NCBI GenBank assembly: GCA_964016885.1
Contig: OZ024742.1
Span: 274,660,001 to 274,724,000 of the forward strand
Direction: 5' to 3'
Length of the DNA: 64,000 nt
Source: Eledone cirrhosa
Lineage: Eukaryota
Shown: positions 1-12,873 of the stretch, one piece after another
How positions within the stretch are numbered: the first letter of the stretch is position 1
How the letters are laid out: each line of letters opens with the position of its first letter
The notes under the pieces: generated by a model
What the model was told of the DNA's origin: nothing
Seen by the model: only the letters and a program-made list of their open reading frames with translations
Database searches by the model: none
Translations under genes and position numbers: made by a program

Positions 1-1058
1 ATATATATGTGTGTGTATTTGTGTATGTGTATGTGTATGTGTGTGTTTGTGTGTTTGTTCTCAGTATTCTTATATCCTTTCTCACTTCATTTCTCTCTTA
101 TATATTTATGGTTCTATGTTTGTAATTTAATCGTTGCAGCATCTGTCAAATTCAAGAAAAGATTCGATTGCAACCCCGTGTTGGAATTTAGAAACAAAGT
201 AAACGTTCCTCTTTTTTATTCTCCAGGCGTTATAGAATTGCCATATTCCATAGTGTATTTACTTAAGGCCATTTACGTTCTCAGCATAGATCTCGCAAAT
301 GTCAGCTTTACATTATATCCTCTTAGTCAATTAGGAAATTGATATAATCGACAAATCCTCCAACATTTTCTGCGACGCTGCTTATATAAGAATATTTCAT
401 GTGCCCCACTTCTTAGTTTAACTCCTGATAACACCGATAAGTGAAAATTACTAGGGCTGTTTTAATCGAAATTACCTCTGAACAGATGATCCGAAACCAG
501 ATTACATCTTTATTGCTTAGCCTTTATCCAAAACCAAATTCCGTCTTTATTGTTTAGTCTCACTAACAGAACAATGCTCGTATCCATTTGTATTTTGGAC
601 TCGTAAAAGAGTGTTTATGTCTGGTTTGCTTTTTCATAAACATGAGTTGGATTTATTTCTGTTATTACCTCATAGAAAGGTTCTCGGTAGCTCATGATTG
701 TTCTTGTTTTCATAAGAAATAATGCAGACATCATCACTAACTGCATTTATATGCATATATTATGTATATATTTATTCATTCATATTTATTTATCGCATTA
801 CATCACTCATTGAAATAGTAATTTAATACGATACAGTAATTAACTAAAAGAAACAGAACTTGTAAATATATCTACAGCGTTCATGTTCATTCGGGGAACA
901 TTAAACATTTAAACAATAACTACCAACAGAGAAATATATTGTCCATCACGGTTCGAAATAATAGGCAATCAATATGGTACTGAAACAAATTATGTCACAT
1001 TCCAATATAATTCATTCATAAATGAGAATATAAATTAAATATTATATGAAGGTAGGAT

Positions 1059-1061
<3 letters not shown>

Positions 1062-1124
<63 letters not shown>
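1062..1124. repeat. (TA)n microsatellite; similar tracts at ~1292-1352, 1911-2030 (CA/TA/GA compound), 3775-3925, 4169-4244, 4852-5030, 33700-33775, 39370-39485, 42377-42478, 43597-43670, 61553-61710
   Basis: Direct reading; these tracts produce the spurious IYIYIY/CVCVCV ORFs. Confidence 0.97.
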
Positions 1125-1126
<2 letters not shown>

Positions 1127-1288
1127 AAAAAGTTTAACCCGACTAAATTTCAAAGTTCATTTAATCTAAGCGAACATACAATTTTACAATTTTTAAATAG
1201 CTGGCTATATTAACATGCTCGGCTAAAGGATGGTGATGTCTGAAAATGTGGTCAGGTGTTTACAATCACCCACCCTCCCACGCGCACA

Positions 1289-1355
<67 letters not shown>

Positions 1356-1514
1356 TGTTGAAAAGGTAACACACTAGAGAGAGAAAGTGTGCCATCAATA
1401 AAACAGGGAAAACCACCAGTGTATGGAATCTATACTCTATGGAAGGCAGGCTAGCCACACAATAATTAAAAATATAAATTAAAATGTAAATACGCACATC
1501 AATAACTATATAAC

Positions 1515-1595
1515 ACACGCGTACAAATCCAAAGAGATGTTTCGCCAGAAAGTTGTTGACTGAAATGGAATAGCCTATGGCTCATCAACGCGTGC
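1515..1595 (-). ncRNA. Type I hammerhead ribozyme motif, C3U core variant
   Basis: Minus strand: gcacgcg-TTGATGA-gcca(long loop)tggc-GAAA-ca(12 nt)tg-TA-cgcgtgt; stems I, II and III all close; GUA cleavage triplet. Confidence 0.65.
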
Positions 1596-1908
1596 AAGAC
1601 TATTGGTTGAAGAAATAAAGGTTTCCAGTTGTGTCTGAATGTACCAGGATGTAGTTGGTGCTTTCATACTCCGTTATTTTGCTACGGATTGTAGGAATCG
1701 GTTGTGTCCCATATAAGGAATTACCCCTTGAAAAGTTCGGCTATTTATTACCATGGTAAATATCTAATTTAGTCCAGAAATAGCCGTCGAAACGGCTAGA
1801 GCTCTGCTGTCTGCGTTAAACATTTTCCTATTACCCATTCTAGTACCCTGAGTATTGAGTACTCTGGTGAGTTCTGGTCCGTCTGATTCCTTACCACACT
1901 TCCTCTGT

Positions 1909-2028
<120 letters not shown>

Positions 2029-2033
2029 GAGAG

Positions 2034-2544
2034 GTAGAATACTGGAAGGTAATATCCGTAGTGGTAAAGCACTCAGTATGGTCCATCAAGGACTCAGGTA
2101 TACACTACTCGATTCAATGGAAATCCATCACTAAGTCCAAGCCATATTCTAGGGGCAATCCATCTTGTCGACTGTGTATTGTAGAAAGGATAACTATTCT
2201 AAGGAGATTACGCAATAGCGATTGCCTAAAATCAAGGAATGAAATCTTCTGACGTTGTCCACATGTCTAGAAAAACCTTTTGAATAACTACAAAGCTCCG
2301 GATTGAATAACAACAACATTCTAATCTTCTTTTCAACTCTAACATCTTTTCCGGACTGTTGCAGTTATCTCCCTTACAACATTCGCCCGTGGCTTTGTGT
2401 CGCTTGGGTTAAGTGACCGTTTCTGCGCATTCGCATTCATACGGTTCTTCTTCCCGTTCCGTATAACCATGACCAGTACGAACTGAAAATCTGCTAAGGT
2501 GAAAGAATTGTTCTCGGTATGGTGAATTAACTGTTGTGTTACCA

Positions 2545-2547
<3 letters not shown>
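2034..2547 (+). mobile_element. 3' remnant of a Penelope-like element (GIY-YIG C-terminus plus terminal repeat with a degenerate hammerhead at 2479-2516)
   Basis: ORF 2061-2252 (YSIQWKSI...PYSRGNPSCRLCIVE...LKSRNEIF) parallels the C-terminus of the 14715-15098 endonuclease; CTGAAAA...GAAAgaattgTTctcg follows. Confidence 0.8.
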
Positions 2548-2579
<32 letters not shown>

Positions 2580-3264
2580 TATGAGAATAAAGGAACAAGG
2601 AATCATTGTTGCATCATACCATATTTAATAACATATTACATATGTTTCCATAACGACCCGCTCGAGGGGCGACCTATTATTGATCGAACCTGACTCTGTA
2701 ATCGAAAAATCGACAGATTTGCGTATGTGATCTCGTCTCCGATTGTGTGCGAAATTCGAAAGTCGGATAATATATTCAGCACATTCTAACAACGTGAAAT
2801 TTTGCGTCCACTCATTGTTTCATTATCCAGTGATCATCATCAGTCTACCCCCCGAAGTAAAGTCTATATCTCATCCGGGCAAGCTGTCGTGTGCATTCAT
2901 GCAGAGAAGACCGTTTGTTTGCCTCCCGATGCTACACTTAGTTGAAGCGTTAGCTAGGCTATAAGTCACAGTAAGAGTCCCCTCTCTTTGGCAGGAAGTG
3001 AGGGGCAGGGTGGCTGAAGCTTGGACATGAAAGACAATGCAGATAGCGACTTACACATACATATCTCTCATATTATGCACCCACATACAGATCCCTACAT
3101 ATACTCATATAACACATATACACATACATACATACGTACATTCATACACATACCTACACACACATATGTAAATAGACACGCACACATACATACACACATA
3201 TATACACATATATGTATTTTTATAATTCTCTATATATATATATACATATACACGCACATACATA

Positions 3265-3668
3265 TAGCAATAGCGATTGCCTAAACATGAGAATTTAATT
3301 CTTCACACGTTGTCCACACGTCTCGAAACACCTCTTACGTAACTACAAATCTCCGGATTGAATTACAACAACATCCTAACTTTCTTATCAACTAGACATT
3401 TTTCGGACTTTCGCAGTTATCTCCCTTACACCTCTCGCGCGCATTTTAGTATTGCCTGTGAAGTGATCGGTTCTGCACGTTCGCGTTCGTACGGTTGTCC
3501 TTCCTGTTCCGTATAACCATGTCCATTACGAGCTGAGGATCCGCGAAGGTGAAACAATTGTTCTCGGTATGGTGACCTAACTGTTGTGTATCCAATTGTA
3601 CCTAACTCTTCCCATGGAATGAGTGTTCTACAACAACTACGGATATTAACTTCCAGTGTTCTACCACT
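3265..3668 (+). mobile_element. Second, shorter 3' remnant of the same Penelope-like family
   Basis: Colinear with 2212-2547 (gcaatagcgattgcctaaa ... ggtatggtga ... ctgttgtgt). Confidence 0.8.
3529..3566 (+). ncRNA. Minimal type I hammerhead ribozyme with intact core
   Basis: cgag-CTGAGGA-t-cc(gcgaa)gg-t-GAAA-caattg-TT-ctcg; palindromic stem III; GUU triplet. Confidence 0.8.
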
Positions 3669-3695
3669 ATATATATACACACACACACACACACA

Positions 3696-3773
3696 CGCGT
3701 AAAGCGAGTGAGACAGGAGAACAACAGAAAAATTAGCATACCTTAGGGGAGAAAAAGCTTCAAAAATTATTCG

Positions 3774-3870
<97 letters not shown>

Positions 3871-3872
3871 TA

Positions 3873-3929
<57 letters not shown>

Positions 3930-4007
3930 GAATAATTTTTGAAGCTTTTTCTCCCCTAAGGTATGCTAATTTTTCTGTTGTTCTCCTGTCTCACTCGCTT
4001 TACGCGT
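3696..4007. repeat. ~80 bp near-perfect inverted repeat (3696-3775 / 3927-4007) around a ~150 bp (TA)n tract
   Basis: acgcgtaaagcgagtgag...aattattcgtt mirrored by aacgaataatt...ctcactcgctttacgcgt. Confidence 0.92.
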
Positions 4008-4163
4008 TTTAATTGTCCAATAACTTATTTTGGTTATTATTGCACCGAAGTGAGATATATGATTTTTAATGCAATGAAATATCTATGATCTTCGGCAAAT
4101 CACTGATGAGGGACTTATTTTATTACATGTTTCCATGTGCGACCTGCAGTATTTTTCTCTATA

Positions 4164-4249
<86 letters not shown>

Positions 4250-4280
4250 CAAACAGCACGGACACTCTATCTCAAAATTA

Positions 4281-4317
4281 TTTTTGAAAAGCATTTAGAA
4301 ATGCGCAACCGGTAAAA
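4281..4317 (+). ncRNA. Minimal hammerhead motif, U3-A8 variant, with a damaged GAAA (GCAA)
   Basis: ttt-TTGAAAA-gcatt(taga)aatgc-GCAA-ccgg-TA-aaa. Confidence 0.6.
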
Positions 4318-4435
4318 ACTTAAAAACTTAAAACCACAACTGAATACTAACCCATACAATCACTAATACTCTTTTATTCCTAATTAAACCATTTTTAAAC
4401 TGTGAACAATTTGTCAGCATTTTCTATTCCGTTTA

Positions 4436-4481
<46 letters not shown>

Positions 4482-4656
4482 ACATTAACAGAGAAAGCTT
4501 TAAGCTATACTCTGTCTGGGTTCCAGCTCACTCAACAAACATTAGGATATACTTTACTATAATCCCAATTTTACGTTTGGGGTGCTAACTATATGTATTT
4601 TGCGGAAGGCCAGTAGTATTATTTTATATGAGACATAATTAAAATATATCTCCTTT

Positions 4657-4777
4657 TCCAAACAATTGTTTCATTATAAGTTTTCTACAAGTTGGGAGAA
4701 TGTGTCCGGGTTATGTAGAAGCCTTCACACATTCCGTAGGAATATTTGCAGGTGGGTACTTATAAATCATCAGTGGA
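4657..4777 (-). ncRNA. Type I hammerhead ribozyme with a 76-nt insertion in loop II
   Basis: Minus strand: tcca-CTGATGA-t-ttataagt(76 nt)acttataa-t-GAAA-caattg-TT-tgga. Confidence 0.8.
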
Positions 4778-4850
4778 TGCCCGTCAAACATCGATATAAA
4801 AAAAACTCTCTTACCGATGTGTAATCCCATGTCAGCGATGGTCTCTCTCC

Positions 4851-4888
<38 letters not shown>

Positions 4889-4892
4889 TACA

Positions 4893-5034
<142 letters not shown>

Positions 5035-5116
5035 TTAGTTAAGCAAAAAAGACATTATTAAAAGATTGTTAACATACTTTTAGTTTAATGTAAGGAATGT
5101 AGGAAATAATAATAAT

Positions 5117-5172
<56 letters not shown>

Positions 5173-5446
5173 TTTCATTTATGAGCCACAAGGGCCGACA
5201 TGTAGGGGACAATACAAAGACAGGGACAGTGGGGGTTTACAATAAGGTCGAGTAAAAGTGCACAATGGCAAGACTAATTTAACAATGAAAATATAAAATA
5301 TAAAATAAACTATGCAAAATATAAGAAAATAAATTCCCCGATAGGGGGTGGACGACCCTGGGGTGATTCGGGTACCCCACCAATTCTGAACCACCCTGCG
5401 CTTCTAGGGCACCCAGGAGAGCACCCCTCTCCTCAAGTTAGCCAGC

Positions 5447-8400
5447 CTATAGGCGCATGGTCAGAGTAGGCCCATTCACACGAGCCATTCTCGCCACATT
5501 CACCCACCTTTTAGCAAATGTACTGGGGGGCAGCACTTCTCTCTCCACCCTCACCCTCCTTTCCAGGTGAAACTTGAAGAAGTTGATGAGGGATTGGCCG
5601 AAGAGAAAAGTGTCTGTCTTTAGTCCTTTCAACCTGGTCCACCATATAATCTCTTTCGCAACTGCCACCAGACAGAGGAAAATGTCCTGCTCTTCCTGAC
5701 CTAAGGAAGGTGGCGGCTCGATCTTCACTATGGACTCGGCCGATAACTGGATTCGTTCCACACGTGACAGTAGCTGTTCGACATAACTCCACAAGTCAGA
5801 AATGCACGGACATTGGACAAGTGCGTGCAGAACGGTTTCGTCGTTCTGTGCGCATCTTGGACACGTCCGTCTGACAGCACTTCCGTGCCTGTAGAGTTTA
5901 TCCCGAACCGGCAGTGCCCCCCGGTAGCACTGCCAAGCGAGGGATTTCTGGAAATTGTCCATCGTCCCCGGCTCAAAAGTCCTCCGGTACAGACTGGTCA
6001 GTTCGACTTCGTCGAGGCCCAAAGCTTCTCCGAGTGCGTCATCGCACTTGCCCACCACTAGTCCTCTATAGAACTCAAGAGTGGAAGTTCCACTGATCGC
6101 ATTGCCCGCTTGGTAGAGGGCAGTGAGTGCCTGGCAACATTCCAGGTGCCAGTCACCCAGTCTCGGTCTCTTCTTGACCCAGGACTGCAGCTAGGTCAAA
6201 GAAATGAGCTGCGGAAAGGCCCGTCTGATAAACGGCGACCACACCTGTTCACCATTGAGGCAGAATATCTGGAGATGTCGCAGCCTCAACGCATGTCTGC
6301 GCATCATTAGCCACGGCATGCCCAGCCCTCCGCGTAGAGGGTGCTGGCAGCAGATGGACCGCCTCACCAACGGAACTTGTCCCCTCCACAAGAATTTGAA
6401 GAGGAGCCGTTCCAACTTGACGAGGCGCGGACGGGGGCAAGGCACGACGGTTAGGCGGTAATAGATGACGGACGCGATGTACGCATTCGCCATCTCCGCG
6501 CGACCTTTCAGTGATAGCTTCCTCCCAGCCCATTTTTGGGTGAGACTGGCTACTCTGCTCGTTACCTCGTCCCAATTCTTTTCCACCTGGAGGTCTGGTC
6601 CGAACCAAACCCCGAGCAACTTTACTGGTCCGTCCGTCCAGCGCCCCACGACGCTGTTGGACGGCATGGGCTTGCCTCTCCAGGTTCCGAGCTGCAAGCC
6701 CACCGACTTTTCCGGGTTAAGTTTGGCTCCTGTCAACCTTTCATATTCCCTCAATAAGGTGCCGACCACCTCGATTTCTGAGGTGTTCGACACCATCACG
6801 GTGATGTCGTCCGCATAAGCCGACACCGCCTTTCCACGTCCCGGTTCGAGCGGGATGCCCTGCAACAGCTCCAGCTTCCGCAGTAAAAGCTCGAGAGTCA
6901 ATACGTACAGAAGAGAAGAGAGAGGGCACCCTTGACGGACCGATCGGGAGAGCCGAAATGGTTCCGAGAGGTGGCCATTAACCTTGACCACCGAGCGTGT
7001 GCCGCTGTGCATTGCAACGATCCAGCTTCGAAAGACAGGGCCGAAGCCAGCTGCTTTGAGGACAAACTCCAGATACCGATGGTCGACCCTATCGAATGCT
7101 TTCGATTGATCTAAATTGATCAGTGCCCCACCGAAGCCAGGTTTACACCCTACCCTTTCTATGATGTATCGCATGAGGTGGAGATTGTCGTGTATGGACC
7201 TGGCTGGGATTGCGCAAGTTTGCGCCTCCCCAACCAAATCCTCGACGACAAGCGCCAATCTCTTTGCTAACACCTTGGCCAAAATCTTAAACTCTGTGTT
7301 GAGCAGAGTTATGGGCCTGAAGTTGTCTAATGTATCCCTCTTGTTCTCGTCTTTCCTTATCAGCGTCACCACTCCCCTGCTCACAGAACTGGGAATACTC
7401 CCATTCTGCTGCCAGTTACAGTAGAGTGCTTCGAGGAGTTCGGAGAACAAGTCTGGCATATTTACGTAAAGCTCGTAGGGTAGGCCATCCAAGCCGGGTG
7501 ACTTGCGCCTCATGCAGCCGACAAGGGCGTCCTGAATTTCGGCTGAAGTAATCGGCCTTTCGCAGCGCTCAGCGTCGACCGTCGCGATGCGCGGCAAGCC
7601 GTCAAGGTAGGGACTGAAATCCGCTACTCTCTCTGACTCGCCACTCTCCCCGAACAACCGAGCAAAGTGCTGGTGAAAGGCCTCACACATCCGCTTGGAA
7701 TCGCTTATCTCGTGTCCGTCTCGGTCCGCCAAAGACCGAATTGTGGTTTTATTACCACGTTGTCCCTTCGCCACGCGGGCCCATCGAACAGCTTTAGTTC
7801 CCTCGTTTCTCAGCGCACGCGCCTTAGCTCTGACAATGCAACCTTCGTGTTTGGCATTGAAGAAATGGTCTAATGCCATTCTCGCCGCTAGCACGTCAGT
7901 TGCGATGCCACTACAAATAGCCTCGTCTAACTTATCTACCAGCTTCCACTCCTTTCTATTTTTCTCTAACGGTAGTTCTTTGCTGAACTCTATCGAAGTT
8001 ACTCTAATCTCTCTGTTGAGAGCCCCCCACCATCTGTTGTTGATAATCCCCCCTGTCAACTTTTCCTTAACTGACTTATTGACTCGGTCCCTGTAAGCCT
8101 TACGTGCCGGAAATGACATGTTCAGCTTCCAGTAACCCGGTCCTAACCTACGCGTTTTATTTAGGTCGACCGTACAGATCACAAATTTGTGATCTGAATA
8201 GACGACCGTTTTAAAAAGTGGACAGCCCACACTATTTCTATCTATTTTCCTAATGAAGATTCTGTCTATATACGATCTAGATGACCCCATTCGGTTGGTC
8301 CATGTCCATACTGGTACATTGGGGAAATCTAGTCGATACCTGTCAGACAGTTGGAACTGGCTGAGTAGGTGCTTGAGGCTTTTGCACCCCCCGCTCCTAT

Positions 8401-8869
8401 CGGCTACTCCCACACAATCCCAGCGTGCGTCTAAGATGCCATTCCAGTCCCCCGCTAACAGTAAAGGGCGAGACGTACCCAGAAAGGTCTCCAGGCGCCT
8501 AAAGAAGTCAGGTCGTCCGGCCCCTGTAGGGGCGTAGGCGGCCAGCAGTCTAAAGGCACCACCTTCGCTACTGCTCACATCCAAGACCACCAACTTACCG
8601 TCCGGGTCCCGGAAGATCGACCTTACCTCGAGATCCAGTCCTTTCCTAAACAGCACTGCCACTCCACCCCCCATTCCCGGCCTGCTAACAGATGCGAAGA
8701 TCTGATAGTCGTCGAAAATGGGGGCTAGTGCACGCGTGTCGGAAATTCTGGTCTCGCTTACGGCAATCACATCCATTTCCAGCGACCGGAGGTCGTTGAG
8801 CAGGTGACCCTGCTTCCAGGGTGACCCCAGGCCGCGAACATTTAAACTTCCTACTCTTAATATGGCCAT
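5447..8869 (-). pseudogene. Tx1-like ORF2 (AP endonuclease, reverse transcriptase, C-terminal CCHC finger) with a single in-frame TAG at 6191-6193
   Basis: GSLNVRGL, IAVSET, AYAP, AGDWN, IDRI, SDH; FRPITLLN, LDQSKAFDRV, RQGCPLS, YADD; CPRC...HALVQC. ORFs 6191..8869 and 5447..6058 share one frame. Confidence 0.93.
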
Positions 8870-8878
8870 ATTGGTAAG

Positions 8879-10872
8879 CTAAGAGAGAGAGAGGGAAGGT
8901 TTACTTACCTCCCGGGTCTTGTGAAGGTCGGGTGGTTCGTCCACCATGGTTGGTGGGGTTTCTTTTGGGAACCCCTTTAAAAGTCTTGATGTGGGTTTCA
9001 CATTCGGGTTTCCCACGTCTTGAGGAAAGCTCTCTCGAATTTCTTTGAAGGAATTGAGTGACATTCGGACCAGAAGCAAATCTTCTGGCACGCAAAATGT
9101 GCTCATTTCAAAAATCTCCCCCTCTGTTTGAATGTCCTCGCTTCGCGCTAAGAGGGCCATCAGTTTATCGTTGGCCCTTCTGAGAAGCACGAAGTTTTTA
9201 ACATTTTGTTGGTGTGGTTTTATTTGTTTTCGTTTTGGTGAAGGTGGTGGCGATGGTTTTGGTGGTGTTGTTTCGGGTATGTCTATGTTTGTTGTAGGTG
9301 TGGTGTCTGCAATTTCAGGTATTTGTGTGTTTATTTGTACTTGTGTTTGTTTAGGTTGTTTGCGTTTCGGAGAGTGTGGAGGTGGTGTCGATGTTGCTGA
9401 TGGTGCTGATGTTATTGGGGAAGTGTCTGCGTTAGTGGTGTCTGTATTTTTTGTTGTGTGTGTTTTTATGTTTTGTTGGGGCTTTTTTTTTTTTTTGTGA
9501 GTTTTCTCTGTTTTTTTGCACTTTTGGGTTTTCCTTCATCTTCGCTGCTGGAAGACAAAGGGTCTGTGTCTGTGAGTGTCTCTGTGTCTGTGTGTGCGTT
9601 TATTTTTTTTTTGTCTATGTATATAGTTGGGGGGGTAGGGGGAGTGGGAGAGCTTTCCTCGTTTTCTCCTTGTATTGGTTTTGGTGTTGGTGGTGATCCG
9701 GCTGCTTTTGATGTTGGTGTCCGTGTTTTTGTTGATGTTGTTTTTGGTGGTGGTGGTGGTGCAGCTTTCCGTGCTGACACTGGCGTTGGCAACAAAGGAG
9801 GTTTGCGACCCCCTGCATTTTTGCGCTGGGGGCAGAAGGCTTGAAGATGCGTGGCTTCCCCGCAAACGAAGCAGCGTGGCCTTCTTCCGTCAATCATTAG
9901 TTGGATTGTTGTCCCGTCCTGCAGGCGGGCAAAATCTGGGATGTTATTTATATCCTCCGGTTTCATTTGGAGAAGAATCTCCAAATCCATTCCGGACCAG
10001 TCTTCTCTCTCTGTTCTTTTGATGTCCAGGAGGGTGGTGTCTGTCCCCTCCTCGATTACGCATCCCAGCAGCCACCATATGTTCATTCCTGGTGGGATGC
10101 TGGGAATGCGTACCTTCACTGTCCTTTTACCCATATAGGACGGATGCATGATAATGCGTTCCGTTCTGCAGGGGGTCACCGAGTGCTTAATAGCGAGGGC
10201 CTCGGATTTGAACAGTACCGAGATGGTACCGAACTGTTTGCCTCTTGCTTTGTACTCTATGTTACTTCCGATGTACTCCAAAGCAGTCTCTACCTCTGCT
10301 TGGCTCGCAAGTTCCACTTTTCGTGTCTGCACCGAAATACATCGAAAGAGCACCGTCCTCCTTTGCATGGCCGCTATTGCCTCGTCCGGGATGGTCAGGT
10401 TTGCCCAGGACTTCTACCGTTTAATTAGCCTCCACGCTTTGGCCAACTGTTCGTCTTTATCGCTAATATCAATATCGATATTCCATAAGCGCTTTGTTTT
10501 TGCTGCTGCTGCTGCAGCAAATGTGGTGTTTCTGATGCTCTTATTGTTGTTGTTGTCATTCTTGCTGTTGCCACCGCCATCCTTGTTTACATTGAAGCTG
10601 TCGGTGTTTTTGTCGTTATTGCTCTGAGTTGTTGTTGTTGTGGTGGTGGTGGTGGTGGCGGTGGTGGTGGCGGAGGTGGTGACGTCGTTTTCTGATGATA
10701 CTGCTGCTATGGCAGAAGGTTGTGATGGTAGCTTTTTAGTTTTGCCTTCACATTCAGTAGAGTGGATGACAGGCATGACTGTAGCCGTCGTAGTCGTGGT
10801 GAAATCTGCAGTGGCTGCCTTTAAACTTTTGACCTGAACGTTGTTTACCGTTTCAAGGTCGAAAATTTCCAT
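8879..10872 (-). pseudogene. Tx1-like ORF1 (Thr-rich N-terminus, CCHC zinc knuckle), with an in-frame TAG at 10414-10416 and a probable frameshift in the poly-A run near 9490
   Basis: CFVCGEATHLQAFC = CX2CX4HX4C; 10414..10872 and 9466..10368 are in frame; ends just upstream of ORF2. Confidence 0.85.
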
Positions 10873-11122
10873 AATTTTCTTTTGGTGGGGAAGCGATTTT
10901 TTCGAAGATTTTAAAAATAAAACTGAATATTCGGGCTTAAAGCCCGAATATTGAGAGGTATCCCTCTCTTTAAATCAAGATGTGTACCTTAAGTTTCGTT
11001 AATGACAAGAAAATACAAAAAAAAGACACTTTAAAACAGCTTAAAGCTACGAACCTTTCCCCCCGCAGACTTGTCTGTCTTCACACATGTGCGGCAAATA
11101 AGAGTAATAATAATAATAATAA

Positions 11123-12020
11123 CGAGCTAACAATCCTGATGTTGACAAAACTTTAACACATCAGTGGTTAGCATCCTCTGGACTGAAATCGGAGACTGAA
11201 GGACTGATTATATCAGCCCAAGATCAGTGTCTGCCAACAAAAAATTACCAAGCCAACATAATAAAAAATGGATGTTGCCCATTATGCCGTGTATGCAAAA
11301 AACAACCAGAGACCATTGACCATATAATTTCAATGTACAGTCCTATAGCTCCAACCGAATACCTAAACAGGCATGACAGAGCTGCACAATACATACATTG
11401 GATAATGTGTAAGCATTTTGACCTGCCCCATCAAAAGAATTGGTGGGAGCATCAACCACCTCCCATACTTGAAAAAGATCACATCTCAATCTTGTGGAAC
11501 TTTAGCATCCAAACAGACCGAAAAATAGATGCAAATAGACCTGATATAATATTGAAGGACTTTAAAGAGAGGGTATGCCTGCTAATTGATATGTCTGTTC
11601 CAATAGACAAGAATGTATCTATAAAAACATTTGAAAAATTGAGCAAGTATAAGGACCTGGAGATAGAAATTGGAAAAATGTGGAAATTGAGAACTAAAAC
11701 AATACCAGTGGTTGTAGGCGCTCTGGGAATGATACCTAAGGGGTCTAATGATTACTTATCGCAGATCCCAGGAAACCCGCGTATTGGAGAAATACAAAAG
11801 ATAGTACTAATGGGAACTGCCCATATACTAAGGAAGATTCTGTCAATATAAGTACATCACAAGTCTAAACACTAAAGATGCATGTGTGAGTATGTATGTT
11901 CTTCCTTGAACATGGCGGACCTTGTTGTCTCTTGAGGTCACTGGTTGTGACTTGGTGATAACTCGTATGAACATAAAGCAATATAAATGCAACTGTAATA
12001 ATAATAATAATATTAATAAT
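11123..12020 (+). mobile_element. 5'-truncated R4/Dong-like LINE, family B (copy B1)
   Basis: CRVCKK..ETIDHII, RHD, NRPDIIL...LIDMSVP..K..KY (restriction-like endonuclease); near-identical to 25202-26050; (TAA)n tail. Confidence 0.93.
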
Positions 12021-12349
12021 GTCCGTTTACAATTGTTTCGTAACTCCATATAATTTTCCTGGATCAAGTGATTATAGATAATATTGATCTGGTTCAGTTG
12101 AAGATAAGTAACTTAGGTAAAATTAGAGCAGCTCATCTTAACTTCAAAAGGAATATAAATTAAAATAAAGAAAGAATGTTAAACGCATGTAATGTTCCAT
12201 ATCTTGGTATTTCACTATGCTCTCCTGGGTATATCTATTGTCTGCCATAGTCGAGCAATATTCTTCTGTCTAATTGGCTTCTAACTAATTCACCAATCTC
12301 TCTTCTCCTCTCCTATCTCCTCTCTTTAAGGGTGGTTACTCTTGAACTG

Positions 12350-12385
<36 letters not shown>

Positions 12386-12412
12386 TACACACACACACTC
12401 ACACACACACAC

Positions 12413-12456
<44 letters not shown>

Positions 12457-12604
12457 GAAGTAATTCCGTCGGAAAAGTCCAGGAAAAAAGAGTGCTCTAT
12501 GTAGGTAACATAGCTTAATAGTTATGTAATAAACAACATAATGGAATTATTCGGTTTACCAGTGGTTTCTTAAAAATCCAAATTCAATAAACAGACCAGG
12601 ATTT

Positions 12605-12664
12605 TTTCATTCTGAGGATTGAAAGCAAAATGTTTTGCTTTTAAGAAACCACTGGTAAATGGAA
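12605..12664 (+). ncRNA. Type I hammerhead ribozyme with canonical core and long stems
   Basis: tttcatt-CTGAGGA-ttgaaagcaaaa(tg)ttttgcttttaa-GAAA-cc(act)gg-TA-aatggaa; a partial inverted copy of its 3' half lies at ~12518-12575. Confidence 0.88.
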
Positions 12665-12689
12665 TAATTGCATTATTTTGTTTATTACA

Positions 12690-12726
<37 letters not shown>

Positions 12727-12873
12727 GGGTTAAAATACTGGAGCGTGCTGGAGTTAAACACCCTCTTCGTATTATAGAAATGACAGTAAAAGGTATAGCT
12801 CAATGTAGTTAAACAGAGCCGAAGAATTATGAAAGTAAAACAAAGAAGCCTTCAATACATCAAAAGTCTTTAT

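Larger units (their letters stand above)
5171..11104 (-). mobile_element. Full-length L1/Tx1-clade non-LTR retrotransposon inserted in (AAT)n
   Basis: Two-ORF layout: zinc-knuckle ORF1 and APE-RT-CCHC ORF2; (AAT)n on both flanks (5107-5170, 11105-11121). Confidence 0.95.

Noticed and set aside
130-760. Possible very old minus-strand RT remnant (DDVCII, EINP, KYKW-like words)
   Set aside because: Too degraded to support by eye
2785-2850. Minus-strand CTGATGA...GAAAcaatg hammerhead-like motif
   Set aside because: Stem II is out of register and stem I does not pair
4095-4150. CTGATGAggg hammerhead 5' half
   Set aside because: No GAAA or stem III follows; truncated
10414-10416. In-frame TAG in both Tx1 ORFs as programmed readthrough
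   Set aside because: Homologous copies have sense codons at the ORF2 position (gcg gat ctg cag near 46272; acg gag ctg cag on minus near 48115); point mutation is simpler
5511-10837. Antisense and alternate-frame ORFs over the LINEs (also within 17.6-32 kb and 44-58 kb)
   Set aside because: Shadows of LINE coding sequence with no independent motifs
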